Assembly: GCA_963850305.1 (NCBI GenBank)
Contig: CAWKKR010000007.1
Coordinates: forward strand, 32,001 to 96,000
Direction: 5' to 3'
DNA from: an uncultured delta proteobacterium
Lineage (GTDB): Bacteria > Myxococcota_A > Polyangia > Polyangiales > Polyangiaceae
Length of the DNA stretch: 64,000 nucleotides
How positions within the stretch are numbered: the stretch's first letter is position 1; each line of letters starts with the position of its first letter. Under the pieces are notes generated by a model. It ran no database searches and was not told where the DNA came from. It was given only the letters and a program-made list of their open reading frames with translations. Positions 1 through 9,436 of the stretch are shown here, in pieces. The translations under genes were made by a program, and so were the position numbers.

Positions 1-2
1 AA

Positions 3-53
3 TATCCATTCGAATGGGTACTATTTCTAACATTCTACCCGGTTCAATGGGTT
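3..53. promoter_or_regulatory. Pair of palindromic operator-like sites upstream of the XRE gene
   Basis: TATCCATTCGAATGGGTA (3-20) and TACCCGGTTCAATGGGTT (36-53), 33 bp apart, in AT-rich DNA. Confidence 0.55.
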
Positions 54-89
54 TCTCGCAACGACGCCCCGTGGCGCCCTTTCCACAGC

Positions 90-413
90 ATGAAGGGCAG
101 CCCCCGGGACCTTGGTCGAAGAATCGCCGCTCAGCGGCGGGGCGTCGGGCTGACGCAGGAGCAGCTCGCCGAGCGAGCGGGAGTCAACGTCAAAACAGTA
201 CAAGGTGTCGAGCAAGGCCGAACCGAGCCGGAGCTCCGCACCGTCACACGGCTCGCGAAAGCGCTCGGAACCTCGATCGAAAACTTCGTGCCCCATACTG
301 CGCCCTCGTTCGACGCTGTCATGCGACGTATGGAGGCCGACCTGCGCAGTCTGCCGCAGCCGCTCCTGGAGCACGTCGCCGCCGTAATTCGTGCGCTCGC
401 GAAACGGAGCTGA
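90..413 (+). CDS. XRE-family helix-turn-helix transcriptional regulator
   Basis: GLTQEQLAERAGVNVKTVQGVEQGRTEP...LAKALG is an HTH_3 signature. Confidence 0.92.
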   Translation: MKGSPRDLGRRIAAQRRGVGLTQEQLAERAGVNVKTVQGVEQGRTEPELRTVTRLAKALGTSIENFVPHTAPSFDAVMRRMEADLRSLPQPLLEHVAAVIRALAKRS

Positions 414-630
414 GTCGACAACGCCGGTGCGTGTCATGTTCGTCGCGGCGCACGTCCTGGCTGACCTTTATAGCGCTGCGTCGAGAATTGGAGCTCTGCT
501 TCGCCGTGCCCAACAGCAGCATGACGATGCTGATTGATCCGTCCGTCCTGCTGCGTCCGCGTGACTTCAGAGAGCTGTTCAGCGATGCTGTTCGGATCGC
601 TGCCGCTCCTCGGCGGCGGAGGAGGCACCC

Positions 631-783
631 ATGGCGAAGAAACAATCATCACCGAAGATGTCGAAGCTCGCGTCCCAAGTCTTGAGCGGCAACAAGCGGC
701 CGACCGCCGCCGATTCTCGGACACTGGCGGCGTCGGTGCTGAGCCAAGACGAAAAGGGCAAATCGAAACCCCGGAAGAAGTGA
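631..783 (+). CDS. 50-aa basic small protein, absent from the ORF track
   Basis: GGAGGAGG RBS before ATG; MAKKQSSPKMSKLASQVLSGNKRPTAADSRTLAASVLSQDEKGKSKPRKK*. Confidence 0.75.
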   Translation: MAKKQSSPKMSKLASQVLSGNKRPTAADSRTLAASVLSQDEKGKSKPRKK

Positions 784-1123
784 CGGGCGGGGCTGTAGTT
801 GAGCTGCGCTCACGCGGCCTCCGTCGTCTTTGGCGCTCGACAAGCGGCGCGCTGGCGCGGTGCCTCTCGGGCACGGGCAATGCAGCCGGCGATGTCGACG
901 ACGTGCCCGACGCCGTCGCGCAGCTTGAGCGCTGAGCTGCGCTCAGAGTTTTCCTAATAACTGCGGTCGAATCTGGGAGAACGCGAAGAGGAGCGGGACG
1001 CAGCAGCGAGGAGGAGGAACGCGACCGAATCGCGTGCGAGGATCGTGGGCGGCTCTCTCTTCCGGCGGCCTGGCAACACATCTTGACGGATGAGTGAAAC
1101 CATCAGGTAAACTCCGGACCGAG

Positions 1124-1231
1124 CGGCCTCGGTTCGGGTGCACCGTGCAATCTCTCCCCCGAGATTCGGCTCAAGTCGAGGCCGCTCACTCGATCTGAGT
1201 GTTCTGGTATTCTCCGCGACCCATGCTCAGG
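1124..1231. repeat. Structured direct repeat, copy 1 (~108 bp)
   Basis: Matches 1836-1943; first 64 nt identical, 7 mismatches after; closing stem GAGCGGCCTCG/CGAGGCCGCTC. Confidence 0.92.
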
Positions 1232-1385
1232 CATGGTGCCTCGTCGGTCCGACGGCGGGCGGTATTGAGGATGCGGGGCACCACTAGCTCTGGCGCGGTC
1301 TTCTCTCCATGGCCCCGTTCCCGTTCGGAGTTTCGGGATCTTCTTCCGGACCGCTCGGGGATCTGTATCTTGGTCGGCCCCTTCG

Positions 1386-1781
1386 ATGGCCGAGCGTCCT
1401 GCCCGTCCGTTTCCGTTCGACGAAGTGGACGACCTCGTTGCGATCCTGCGGGTGGTGTACTGGCAAGAGAAACAGAAGCGGAACCCGAGCACGCGGAGTC
1501 TTGCGGTCATCAGGACGATCGCCGAAGAATTGAAGCAGGCGGCGGCGTACGCTCAAGGGCACGAGCCTGGGTCACCAATCGTCGAGAGAGCTCTGAAGAT
1601 GGCCGACGCAGCCACCCTCAAGATCGAGCACGTTCACTTTCCGGAAATTCGTCACGTGGACGACCCGGCGAACCCGCTCATCACGTCAGCCGTCGCCCGC
1701 ATTCAGAAGAACGAGAAGCCTCCCAAGAAGCATGAAGAGAGTCTCGGGGAGATGCTCGAACGGCACCGGAAGTTCCGGTGA
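1386..1781 (+). CDS. Hypothetical helical protein (131 aa), paralog of 35120-35512
   Basis: Protein-like composition; FP..xxDL..I.R..Y..E...I.E.LK.A...A...PG pattern shared with 35120-35512. Confidence 0.8.
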   Translation: MAERPARPFPFDEVDDLVAILRVVYWQEKQKRNPSTRSLAVIRTIAEELKQAAAYAQGHEPGSPIVERALKMADAATLKIEHVHFPEIRHVDDPANPLITSAVARIQKNEKPPKKHEESLGEMLERHRKFR

Positions 1782-1835
1782 TCCGCTGGTACGCGACCGA
1801 GCCGTCGAGGATCTCGACGATGGCGCCATCGACGA

Positions 1836-1943
1836 CGGCCTCGGTTCGGGTGCACCGTGCAATCTCTCCCCCGAGATTCGGCTCAAGTCGAGGCCGCTCC
1901 CTCGATCCCAGTGTTCTGGCAATCTCCGCGACCCGTGCTCGGG
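1836..1943. repeat. Structured direct repeat, copy 2
   Basis: Copy of 1124-1231 at an offset of 712 bp. Confidence 0.92.
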
Positions 1944-2140
1944 GGTAAACGGGGAACACCCGGGACGTGATGTACCTGAGGTACTGGAACGGTACCGAAA
2001 CGGTTTACCCCAAAACGCCGCAAAGAAGCCAGGTAGAGAGCCGTGCCGTACCCACGCTGTACCCACGCCGTAGCCAGGTCGAGAGCCCGCTATGTACCGA
2101 GTACCGAAATAACGCCCCGAGCCTCAGGACGGTCTGAGGT
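1942..2140. repeat. Cluster of short inverted and direct repeats, iteron/origin-like
   Basis: GGGGTAAAC/GTTTACCCC inverted repeat; 7 GTAC sites; GTACCCACGC x2; AGCCAGGTnGAGAGCC x2; GTACCGAAA x2. Confidence 0.55.
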
Positions 2141-2555
2141 GGGTCGATCGGGCTCGCAAACTTTGTCTGATACCGGGATATTATTGGACACTGCAGTCCC
2201 GCAGAACTGCACGCCTTTCCCTCACTGCCCCTGCCACCTCACTCGGCACGCACCACCCTTATCGGGACAAGGTTCGGAGAAGTTGCGTGAAGTGGTATCG
2301 CGGGCTCCGGAAGCCGCTTGTCCGATAATATCTATTCTCGGACAACGACCGCGGGCGGGAAGGGCGCCTTGTCTGAGCGGGAGACATCACGATTCCGCTG
2401 TCCGTGGCGAAGTACGCCTTCGCACGAGAAGAGCGCGCAAAACAGAAGAAACCCGGAAAGGGCAGCACCCCGTCGTCGGGCCCGGCCTCCGCGGGGGCGC
2501 GGCGGTCGGCACGGATGGGTGCGCTGTCGACCGCGTCGCGCTACCGTGAACCTCG

Positions 2556-3192
2556 ATGCGGGAAGAGGCGAAGCGAGATGGCAGCACCAGAACCTCTCTG
2601 TCGCCCTCGCACGAGGAATGGGAGAAGTCGTTCGAAGCGCACTTCGGGCGGGCATGGGACGCATCTTTGAAGGAGCAGGTTCTCGCCGCCGTCCGCACAC
2701 GCACCGACGCCGTCCTGTTGTTCCGTGAAATCGAGCGTGTGGTCGTCGGCGCCGCCGCGCTCAAGCGCATGCTGGACGGTGTGCCGCCCCCCCGAGAGGA
2801 GTTGCCACCGGTGTTTCTTCCCGATCGAAAGCACGACGAACGCTACTTGCTGGTGTGGGCTTTCGAGGAGGGCCTTGTGCCCTTCGCGTCGGGCCCCGGT
2901 CTCCCCCCGGGCACTCGCCGTTGTCAGCCTTCTCATGGGGTACGACCAAGGTTCCCAGGACGACGGCGCCGTCGAGAGAGCGCAGTCACGCATGAAGAAG
3001 ACTCGCGGACGGTACCGTCGGGACCGCGCTCCGGCCACGACGGAAACCATGCAACGCCTTGCTCAGGCTCGCGCGTGGCGCGGGCAACTCGAAGAACCAG
3101 TGCGCCAGGCGCTCGACGCGCTCATGCGGATGTTCGAGGGGACGATTCACCAGAACGAAAGTGTCCCCGTAGGGACGGTCTCCCACCGCTGA
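2556..3192 (+). pseudogene. Hypothetical protein of the element, apparently frameshifted near 2890-2910
   Basis: ORF 2556 is protein-like up to ...EEGLVPFASGP, ORF 2725 is protein-like from VSPRALAVVSLL; the switch falls in C-runs. Confidence 0.45.
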
Positions 3193-3308
3193 ATTGGCAC
3201 CTCCCGCGCTACGTCGCGCGTTGCCAGACTGAGCGTCGATGGCAAACGACGAGCAAAAAGTCGACGGGGCGCGGTACGTGTTCGTTCGCCCGAGCGCGCT
3301 AATTCGTC

Positions 3309-3617
3309 GTGTCACGCAGGCGCCCGAATCGTGTCATCAGTCGCCCCCTGATGCCGGTGACCATCATGTGTGAGCAGCCGCCGCACGAGCCGACGCCAGA
3401 CTCACCCCACGGTCGGTGGCTCACCTACGCCGAAGCCGCCGTCCACTGCCGCTGGTCCGTCGCGTACCTGCGAAATCTCGTCAGCGCCGGCCGGATCCCG
3501 GTCTACGGCAAGCCGCGCGTGCGTCGGTTCCGGCGGGACATGCTAGACCTGTTCCTGACAGACCCAGATGCCGCGATGCGCAGGTTCCGCGCGGAAAGGA
3601 ACCGGCATGGCGGTTAG
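3309..3617 (+). CDS. Excisionase-type HTH DNA-binding protein (true start probably internal)
   Basis: WLTYAEAAVHCRWSVAYLRNLVSAGRIP...RRFRRDMLDLF; overlaps the integrase start. Confidence 0.85.
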   Translation: MSRRRPNRVISRPLMPVTIMCEQPPHEPTPDSPHGRWLTYAEAAVHCRWSVAYLRNLVSAGRIPVYGKPRVRRFRRDMLDLFLTDPDAAMRRFRAERNRHGG

Positions 3618-4731
3618 GAAATTGCAGAAGTCATGGACATTCGACTTCACCATCTCCGGCTTCGGACGGCAGCGACAAGGAGGTTTCACGACCAAAGCCG
3701 AAGCGGTGCTCGCGGAGAAGCGTGCTCGGGAGGTTCTTCTCTCGGGCGCTCGGCGTCTCGTCTTCCGCGACGGGTACGCCGAGTACATGGCAGCGACGCG
3801 AATGAAGGACCGGTCCAGAGATTCTTGCGAGCATCTCTGGAAACGGATCGAGCCCGAGCTCGGCCACCTCTACGTGGAGGAGATCGATACCTCGGCGCTG
3901 GATGCCTTCAAGCGCGCGCTTCCCGCTCACCTCGGGCCGAGGTCGATCAATCATCACCTGATAGTCATCCGCGCAATGCTGCGCTTCCTGTGGAAGCGCG
4001 GCCAGCTTCGGAACGTTCCCTACGTTCCGATGGAATCCGTGACCAGGCCGCACGTGGACTGGTACACCAAGGAGGAGAGGGACCAACTGCTCGCGGGGAT
4101 CTTCCGCCTCGAGCCGCAGTGGTACCTGTTCTTCTATCTCACGGCGCGGCTCGGTCTGCGCACGGGAGAGGTGTACGCGATCGCGCATCGTCAGTTCCGC
4201 CGGGAGCCGCCCAGGCTCGTGGTGGATCAAGCAGTGCAGCGCGGGCTCAAGACGAGAGACGCCATGCTCGTCCCGCGCAAGAACGACGAGGCGTACGTGC
4301 TCGATCTCACGACGGACATTCTGGACGCCGTGGATTGGCACGTGAAGGCGGGTTACTCGGGAAAGGAATTTCTTTTCTCGAAGGACGGCGCCTTCCCTCG
4401 GTACATCGACAGCCACAAGCGACCACTGAAGCTCGTGCAGCAGAAGCTCGGACTCCGATTGCTCAGCCACCACAAGTTGGGGCGGCACTCGGTGGCGAGC
4501 CAAGCGGTGACGGGCGGCGAATCCGTGAAGGCCGTCCAGGCCCAGCTCGGGCATCGGTCCGAGCAGAGCACGCACCAGTACGCGCACCTCGGGAGCGGCG
4601 CTCAGCGCCGTCTCGTCGAGGCGCTCAAGCCGGCGCGGGCTCCTCACGAATCAGCGCCAAAAAACGGTCACGGCAACCTGGCGTCAACGGCGGCGAGAAC
4701 GCGCCTCGACGACGGTTCGACGCTTCACTAA
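3607..4731 (+). CDS. Tyrosine recombinase/phage integrase
   Basis: Catalytic R (LGLRTGE), HKLGRH, LGH and Y (THQYAH); N-terminal arm-binding-like segment. Confidence 0.95.
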   Translation: MAVRKLQKSWTFDFTISGFGRQRQGGFTTKAEAVLAEKRAREVLLSGARRLVFRDGYAEYMAATRMKDRSRDSCEHLWKRIEPELGHLYVEEIDTSALDAFKRALPAHLGPRSINHHLIVIRAMLRFLWKRGQLRNVPYVPMESVTRPHVDWYTKEERDQLLAGIFRLEPQWYLFFYLTARLGLRTGEVYAIAHRQFRREPPRLVVDQAVQRGLKTRDAMLVPRKNDEAYVLDLTTDILDAVDWHVKAGYSGKEFLFSKDGAFPRYIDSHKRPLKLVQQKLGLRLLSHHKLGRHSVASQAVTGGESVKAVQAQLGHRSEQSTHQYAHLGSGAQRRLVEALKPARAPHESAPKNGHGNLASTAARTRLDDGSTLH

Positions 4732-4740
4732 GCAGAAACG

Positions 4741-4766
4741 AAAAACCCCTGGCTTAACCAGGGGTT
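4741..4766 (-). terminator. Rho-independent terminator after the tRNA
   Basis: AACCCCTGG-cttaa-CCAGGGGTT stem with a T-run on the minus strand. Confidence 0.8.
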
Positions 4767-4785
4767 AGACTCCTCACTTACTTTG

Positions 4786-4859
<74 letters not shown>

Positions 4860-5049
4860 CGCGGAAGATAGTCGGGGGGGCCGTCGTGTCAAGGGTTTCG
4901 CGGCGTTAGACGCGGCTTCTGCGCCTGCGGGACGCGAGGGTGGTTCGCGGCCTTCCAGAAGGCCGTTTCGGACGTTTCTGCGAGAGCGGCGCAGAACGGC
5001 CTCGGACCGTCTTGGACCCGCGGCAGCGGGTCGGGGGTATACGGGGCTC

Positions 5050-6186
5050 GTGGCGGCGATTTTTCTCGATGCACATTCGACGACGCCGGTCGATGCGCGC
5101 GTCGTCGAGGCGATGCTGCCGTACTTCACTGAGAAGTTCGGAAACGCGGCGAGCCGGACGCACGCGTTCGGCTGGGCGGCAGAGTCGGCGGTGCAGCAGG
5201 CACGCGAGACGATCGCGTCGAGCATCGGCGCTCGCGCGAAGGAGATCGTTTTCACGTCGGGCGCGACGGAGAGCGACAACCTGGCCATCAAGGGTGTGGT
5301 CGAAGCCGCCGGCGCTGGGGCGCACGTCGTGACCACGGCCATCGAACATCACGCGGTGCTGGATCCCTGCCGGCGGCTCGAGTCGCTCGGGATCGGGCTC
5401 ACGGTCGTTCCAGTCGAACCGAACGGGATCGTGGACCCGGCAAAGGTCGCGTCCGCGATCACGGAGCGCACGGTGCTCGTCAGCGTGATGCTGGCGAACA
5501 ACGAGGTCGGCACGGTCCAGCCCATCGCCGAAATTGGGGGACTCACGCGAGCACGCCGCGTTCTGCTTCACACGGACGCAGCGCAAGCCGTGGGGCGTGT
5601 GGCCATCGACGTGGACGCAATGGGTGTCGATTTGCTTTCGATGAGCGCACACAAGATCTACGGGCCGAAGGGGGTGGGCGCGCTGTTCGTTCGAAGGCAG
5701 GCTCCGACTGTCCATCTGACCGCGCAGATGGACGGCGGGGGTCACGAACGCGGGCTGCGGTCGGGGACGCTGAACGTGCCGGCCATCGTCGGCTTCGGGA
5801 AAGCGAGCGAGTTGATGCACGCCGACCCGAGCGAATCCGCTCGCATGGCGGCGCTCCGCGATCGTCTCCTGGAGAACCTCCGTCGCGAACTCGACGGTGT
5901 GGAGCTGAACGGCGACGCAACGCATCGACTCGCAGGGAACCTGAACGTGTCGTTCGCTGGTGTGTCGAGCGATGCGCTCATCGGCAGGCTCCCGGATGTC
6001 GCTGTCTCGTCGGGCTCCGCTTGCACGAGCGCGAGTCTCGAACCGAGTTACGTGCTGCGCGCGATGGGGCTCGGGGACGAACGCGCTCGCTCCTCCATTC
6101 GCTTCGGTATCGGTCGCTTCACGACCGGAGAAGACATCGAACGTGCGACGGAGCGCGTGGTCGCCGCCGTTCGAGCGCTCCGCTAG
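5050..6186 (+). CDS. iscS: Cysteine desulfurase (IscS/NifS family)
   Basis: FTSGATESDN, HTDAAQA, SAHKIYGPKG, RSGTLNV, SSGSACTS; GTG start at 5050. Confidence 0.93.
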   Translation: MAAIFLDAHSTTPVDARVVEAMLPYFTEKFGNAASRTHAFGWAAESAVQQARETIASSIGARAKEIVFTSGATESDNLAIKGVVEAAGAGAHVVTTAIEHHAVLDPCRRLESLGIGLTVVPVEPNGIVDPAKVASAITERTVLVSVMLANNEVGTVQPIAEIGGLTRARRVLLHTDAAQAVGRVAIDVDAMGVDLLSMSAHKIYGPKGVGALFVRRQAPTVHLTAQMDGGGHERGLRSGTLNVPAIVGFGKASELMHADPSESARMAALRDRLLENLRRELDGVELNGDATHRLAGNLNVSFAGVSSDALIGRLPDVAVSSGSACTSASLEPSYVLRAMGLGDERARSSIRFGIGRFTTGEDIERATERVVAAVRALR

Positions 6187-6220
6187 AGAGCGCCGCCTCG
6201 CATAGACCCAGCGCTCGAGC

Positions 6221-7267
6221 TCACGGACTTCCGACGGATACGCACAGGCCGTCGGTGCTGTGCACTCCGCCGGAATCCGTCGTCGTCAGATTGCTGATCG
6301 CTTCGCCGCCGGCCTTCTCTCCGTCGGTGTAAAGGAGTGCGACGCACATCTCTTCGCTCCCATTGCCATAGACGAGGGTCTGACTCGTGGGGTTCTGGTA
6401 GTCGCACGTGATGGCGAGCCCGCTCGCGCCGGTGATCGCAATGGGCGGAGAGAACGTCTGACCCACGCTATTTCCGATCGTTCCCTTGGAGTCCAGGATG
6501 GACGTGCCGTCCATCGGCCCGCCCGCTACGTCGATGACGAACTCCTGTCCGTACGAGTGAAAGTGCGGAAGGATGTAGTAAACGTTGAAGTTCGGTTGCG
6601 GCGTCGCGCACTGCATGCGTGCCTGGGTCTGCATGCCGGGCGGGATGTCGAGCGCGAGATTGGTGAAGGCCATCGGCTGGAGCGTCGTGATGACGGAACT
6701 CTGCGGGATGGTGTAGACGTCCAGGTGGAGGCTCGTCGTCGCGTCGTCCTCCGAGGTGTTCAAGAGGTGGACGTCTCCGATGATGCGCGCGTGCGCGGGA
6801 ACCTGAAACGCTGTGCCCGGAGGAAACCCTTGCGTATCCGATAACGCCTGGGTGGATTGTGCGAAGAACACCCCGCCTGACGCGCCTGCCGCTACCTCGT
6901 CGAAGCTGCGGTCCGAACAATTCCACGTGCCGTCCGCACCCGTGTACATCGTGTCCGGCACCCAGATCCAGTTCGAGTGATGGAACTTTCCGCCGTTCTT
7001 CTCCACGATCGTGTTGACGTAGAAGGGGGCATCGTTGTTCAGCGTCCAGCTCTGACAGAGTCCGACGATTTCCTGGCTCGCGTCGACGACGACCGGGTCG
7101 AACGTGTGCGAGAACGCCGGCGTCAGCGCCGCCAGCGCCCCGCTATCCGTCGCATTCCCGCCGTCGGTCGGCGTCGAGCCACTGGGCGAAGAGCCCGGCT
7201 GGCTCGTGTTGCCGCATGCGGCGACGCAGATGACCAGCGTCAGTGTCGCAAACCGGTGCGCGTGCAC
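6221..7267 (-). CDS. Copper type II monooxygenase-like (PHM/DBH fold) lipoprotein
   Basis: Lipobox VAAC; HH, H, HFH and EEMC copper-ligand pattern. Confidence 0.7.
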   Translation of the reverse strand: MHAHRFATLTLVICVAACGNTSQPGSSPSGSTPTDGGNATDSGALAALTPAFSHTFDPVVVDASQEIVGLCQSWTLNNDAPFYVNTIVEKNGGKFHHSNWIWVPDTMYTGADGTWNCSDRSFDEVAAGASGGVFFAQSTQALSDTQGFPPGTAFQVPAHARIIGDVHLLNTSEDDATTSLHLDVYTIPQSSVITTLQPMAFTNLALDIPPGMQTQARMQCATPQPNFNVYYILPHFHSYGQEFVIDVAGGPMDGTSILDSKGTIGNSVGQTFSPPIAITGASGLAITCDYQNPTSQTLVYGNGSEEMCVALLYTDGEKAGGEAISNLTTTDSGGVHSTDGLCVSVGSP

Positions 7268-7335
7268 GAGCCGCAGGTTATCAAGGCGGCTCTCCCGACG
7301 CCACGGGGCGGCCCCGCGTGCGATGCCGGGCTGCG

Positions 7336-7647
7336 TCAGAGACTCGCGTCGGGCGCGTCGAGGACGAGTGGCGCGAGCGCCAGGTTGGCTTCCGAACGCG
7401 CTCGGCGCATGTGCGGTATCGCGGGATTCCCGTGGGGTCGCGCGGGTTCGTCGTCGAAGAGGCGGCGCTGGAGGCGCTCGGCGGCATCGAGAAGATCCTG
7501 GCCGGCCTCACGCGCTGCGGGCGTGCCGAGAATGGCGCGCAGGTGTTCCAGGCCCGTGTGGCGCCCGAGCGGCACGAACGCGAACGCATAGAGCGCGAGA
7601 AACAGTACGGCGAGATCGATCGCCCTTCGGCCGAAGATGCCGAGCAC
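7336..7647 (-). CDS. Small hypothetical membrane protein
   Basis: N-terminal hydrophobic helix LAVLFLALYAFAFVPLG; same strand as neighbours. Confidence 0.6.
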   Translation of the reverse strand: MLGIFGRRAIDLAVLFLALYAFAFVPLGRHTGLEHLRAILGTPAAREAGQDLLDAAERLQRRLFDDEPARPHGNPAIPHMRRARSEANLALAPLVLDAPDASL

Positions 7648-7692
7648 GGGCGCATGGTAGTCCGGGGCTGCGGACAGGCGAAATTCCCAGCG

Positions 7693-9054
7693 TTATCGAA
7701 GTGCCCGTACTCGGAACAAGCCGAAGCCGGCGTCGGTAGCGACGACGTCGGCGATCTCGCTCGCGACGCCGTCGTGCGGTCGCGCCGCCACGAACCAGGT
7801 CGCGTCGCTCGCCGAGAGCCGGGCGCGGAGGGTCATCGCGTCGACGAATGGGTTTGCCGCTCGCGCGTGCCGCGGGTCGCGGTCGTCGAAGGGGGCGGCT
7901 CGCTCGGGCGCGCCGAATGCGGCGATCACGGCGAAGTATCCATAGTCGGGCGTGTCGACGAGGAGTCGGTCCGCCGCAGGGAGCAGGCGATGTGCCTCGG
8001 CGCCGATGGCTCGCTCGGGTCCGCGCGGCGCCAGGGAGTCGGCAGGCACTTCACTGCGGATGACGAACCCGACGACGCACGCGACCGCAGTGGGCGCGGC
8101 GAGCTTCGCCACGCGCGCCGATTTCGCTGCAAGGACGAGCGACTCGGATGCGACCAGAGCGAGCCCGGTCCACAACGGCAAGAGCAAGCGCTCGTCGTGA
8201 TGAGTGGGCGCGCCGTCCATGATCCGCCCCAACAACAAGAATCCGAGGATCGCCGAGAACACGAGGGCGGGACGCTTCCAGGCTCGGAGCGCCTTGCGAT
8301 CGGAAACGAATGCCGCCGCGACGACGACGGTGCCGGCAATGGACAGCTCCGGTTCGGCACGGAAGAAAGCGATGGGGTAGGCGAGGAGCGCCGCGGTGAG
8401 CGCCTCGTGGTCACCGAGAGCGCGACGGTACGCGGTGACACGATGGAGAAAGAAGAAAGCGTCGCCATGGGAGACCGCGCCGTGGACGATCCACGCGGCG
8501 GCCGGAACGATGGCGATGAGCGCGGAGGCCGCTCGGCCTGCTCGACGTGAGGAGGCATCACGGAAGGCGTCGAGGAGCGCAAGGGCGGCGAACGCGGCGG
8601 CAGCGGGCCACGCATCGTATCGGCAGAGAGTCGCGGCGCCGAGGGCGAACGCGCCGGCGACCCGAGTCGGACCGTCCACGCGCGTTGCCAGAGCACCGAA
8701 GACGACGAGCGCGGCCGTGATCGCTTCGGGCTGGAAGGAGACGCCCAGGCGCGCGGCGGTCGGCGTCACCGACGCTACCAGGGCACCGAAGAAGGCGCCC
8801 TCGGGAGACGCTCCCGAGGCACGCGCGGCCCGATGCACGAGGAGCGCGGCTGCGACTCCAAGCGCGACGGCGAGTGCGCGCGCGACGCCGAGTGAACGAC
8901 CGAAACCCGACATGAATGCGCCGGTCACGAGGAACGGCAACGGGAGCCAGCTGGTCCCGCTCGGATCGAGCGTGGGGTGAGCGACGAACCTTTCGGCGAT
9001 GACGACGCGGGAGAAGGCGTCGTCGCTCAGCGCGACGAAACCCGTCGCGAGCAC
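7693..9054 (-). CDS. Polytopic membrane protein, GT-C/PMT glycosyltransferase-like (frame is open ~70 nt further upstream)
   Basis: SDD motif in the first loop, WLPLP, CRYDAW, many TM helices. Confidence 0.65.
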   Translation of the reverse strand: MLATGFVALSDDAFSRVVIAERFVAHPTLDPSGTSWLPLPFLVTGAFMSGFGRSLGVARALAVALGVAAALLVHRAARASGASPEGAFFGALVASVTPTAARLGVSFQPEAITAALVVFGALATRVDGPTRVAGAFALGAATLCRYDAWPAAAAFAALALLDAFRDASSRRAGRAASALIAIVPAAAWIVHGAVSHGDAFFFLHRVTAYRRALGDHEALTAALLAYPIAFFRAEPELSIAGTVVVAAAFVSDRKALRAWKRPALVFSAILGFLLLGRIMDGAPTHHDERLLLPLWTGLALVASESLVLAAKSARVAKLAAPTAVACVVGFVIRSEVPADSLAPRGPERAIGAEAHRLLPAADRLLVDTPDYGYFAVIAAFGAPERAAPFDDRDPRHARAANPFVDAMTLRARLSASDATWFVAARPHDGVASEIADVVATDAGFGLFRVRALR

Positions 9055-9118
9055 CCCGAGCGAGACGGCAATCTTGATCGCTCCGAGGAGCGCGACGGCG
9101 CCGCGGCCGCGGAAGAAA

Positions 9119-9433
9119 TCACTTCTTGGCAGGGCTCTCGTGGTGCGCGTGGTGGGTCTTGTGCGGGTGCTTCGCCTTAAGCGAGTCGTCGGTCGACGAC
9201 GAAATGTACGCGAGCACGATGCTCGTCAGAAAAAATAGCGTGGCGAGACTCCACGTGGCGCGCGTCAGGAAGTTGCCGGCTCCGCGCCCGCCGAACACTT
9301 GCTGCGTACCCGCGCCGCCCAGGGCGGCCGTGAGACCGCCGCTCTTCCCCGGTTGAATCAGGATGATCAGAATGAGGACGAGCGCACAGAGGACGTGCAG
9401 GACGGTGAGAGGAGTTTCGAGAATGTCCAGCAT
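9119..9433 (-). CDS. secG: Preprotein translocase subunit SecG
   Basis: ILIQPGKSGGL..ALGG..FGGRGAGNFLTRAT; follows tpiA. Confidence 0.95.
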   Translation of the reverse strand: MLDILETPLTVLHVLCALVLILIILIQPGKSGGLTAALGGAGTQQVFGGRGAGNFLTRATWSLATLFFLTSIVLAYISSSTDDSLKAKHPHKTHHAHHESPAKK

Positions 9434-9436
9434 GGT

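Larger units (their letters stand above)
1..4785. mobile_element. Right end of an integrative element/prophage remnant inserted at the 3' end of tRNA-fMet; left end outside the window
   Basis: Excisionase plus tyrosine integrase transcribed toward the tRNA 3' end, with XRE regulator and orphan ORFs; core genes resume after the tRNA. Confidence 0.8.

Noticed and set aside
1085..1110. Hammerhead-like GATGAG..GAAAC
   Set aside because: Lacks the CUGANGA core and the required stems.
1121..2140. Retron msr-msd or canonical integron attC array
   Set aside because: No RT gene; repeats lack RYYYAAC/GTTRRRY ends; the integrase looks phage-type with an excisionase rather than IntI.
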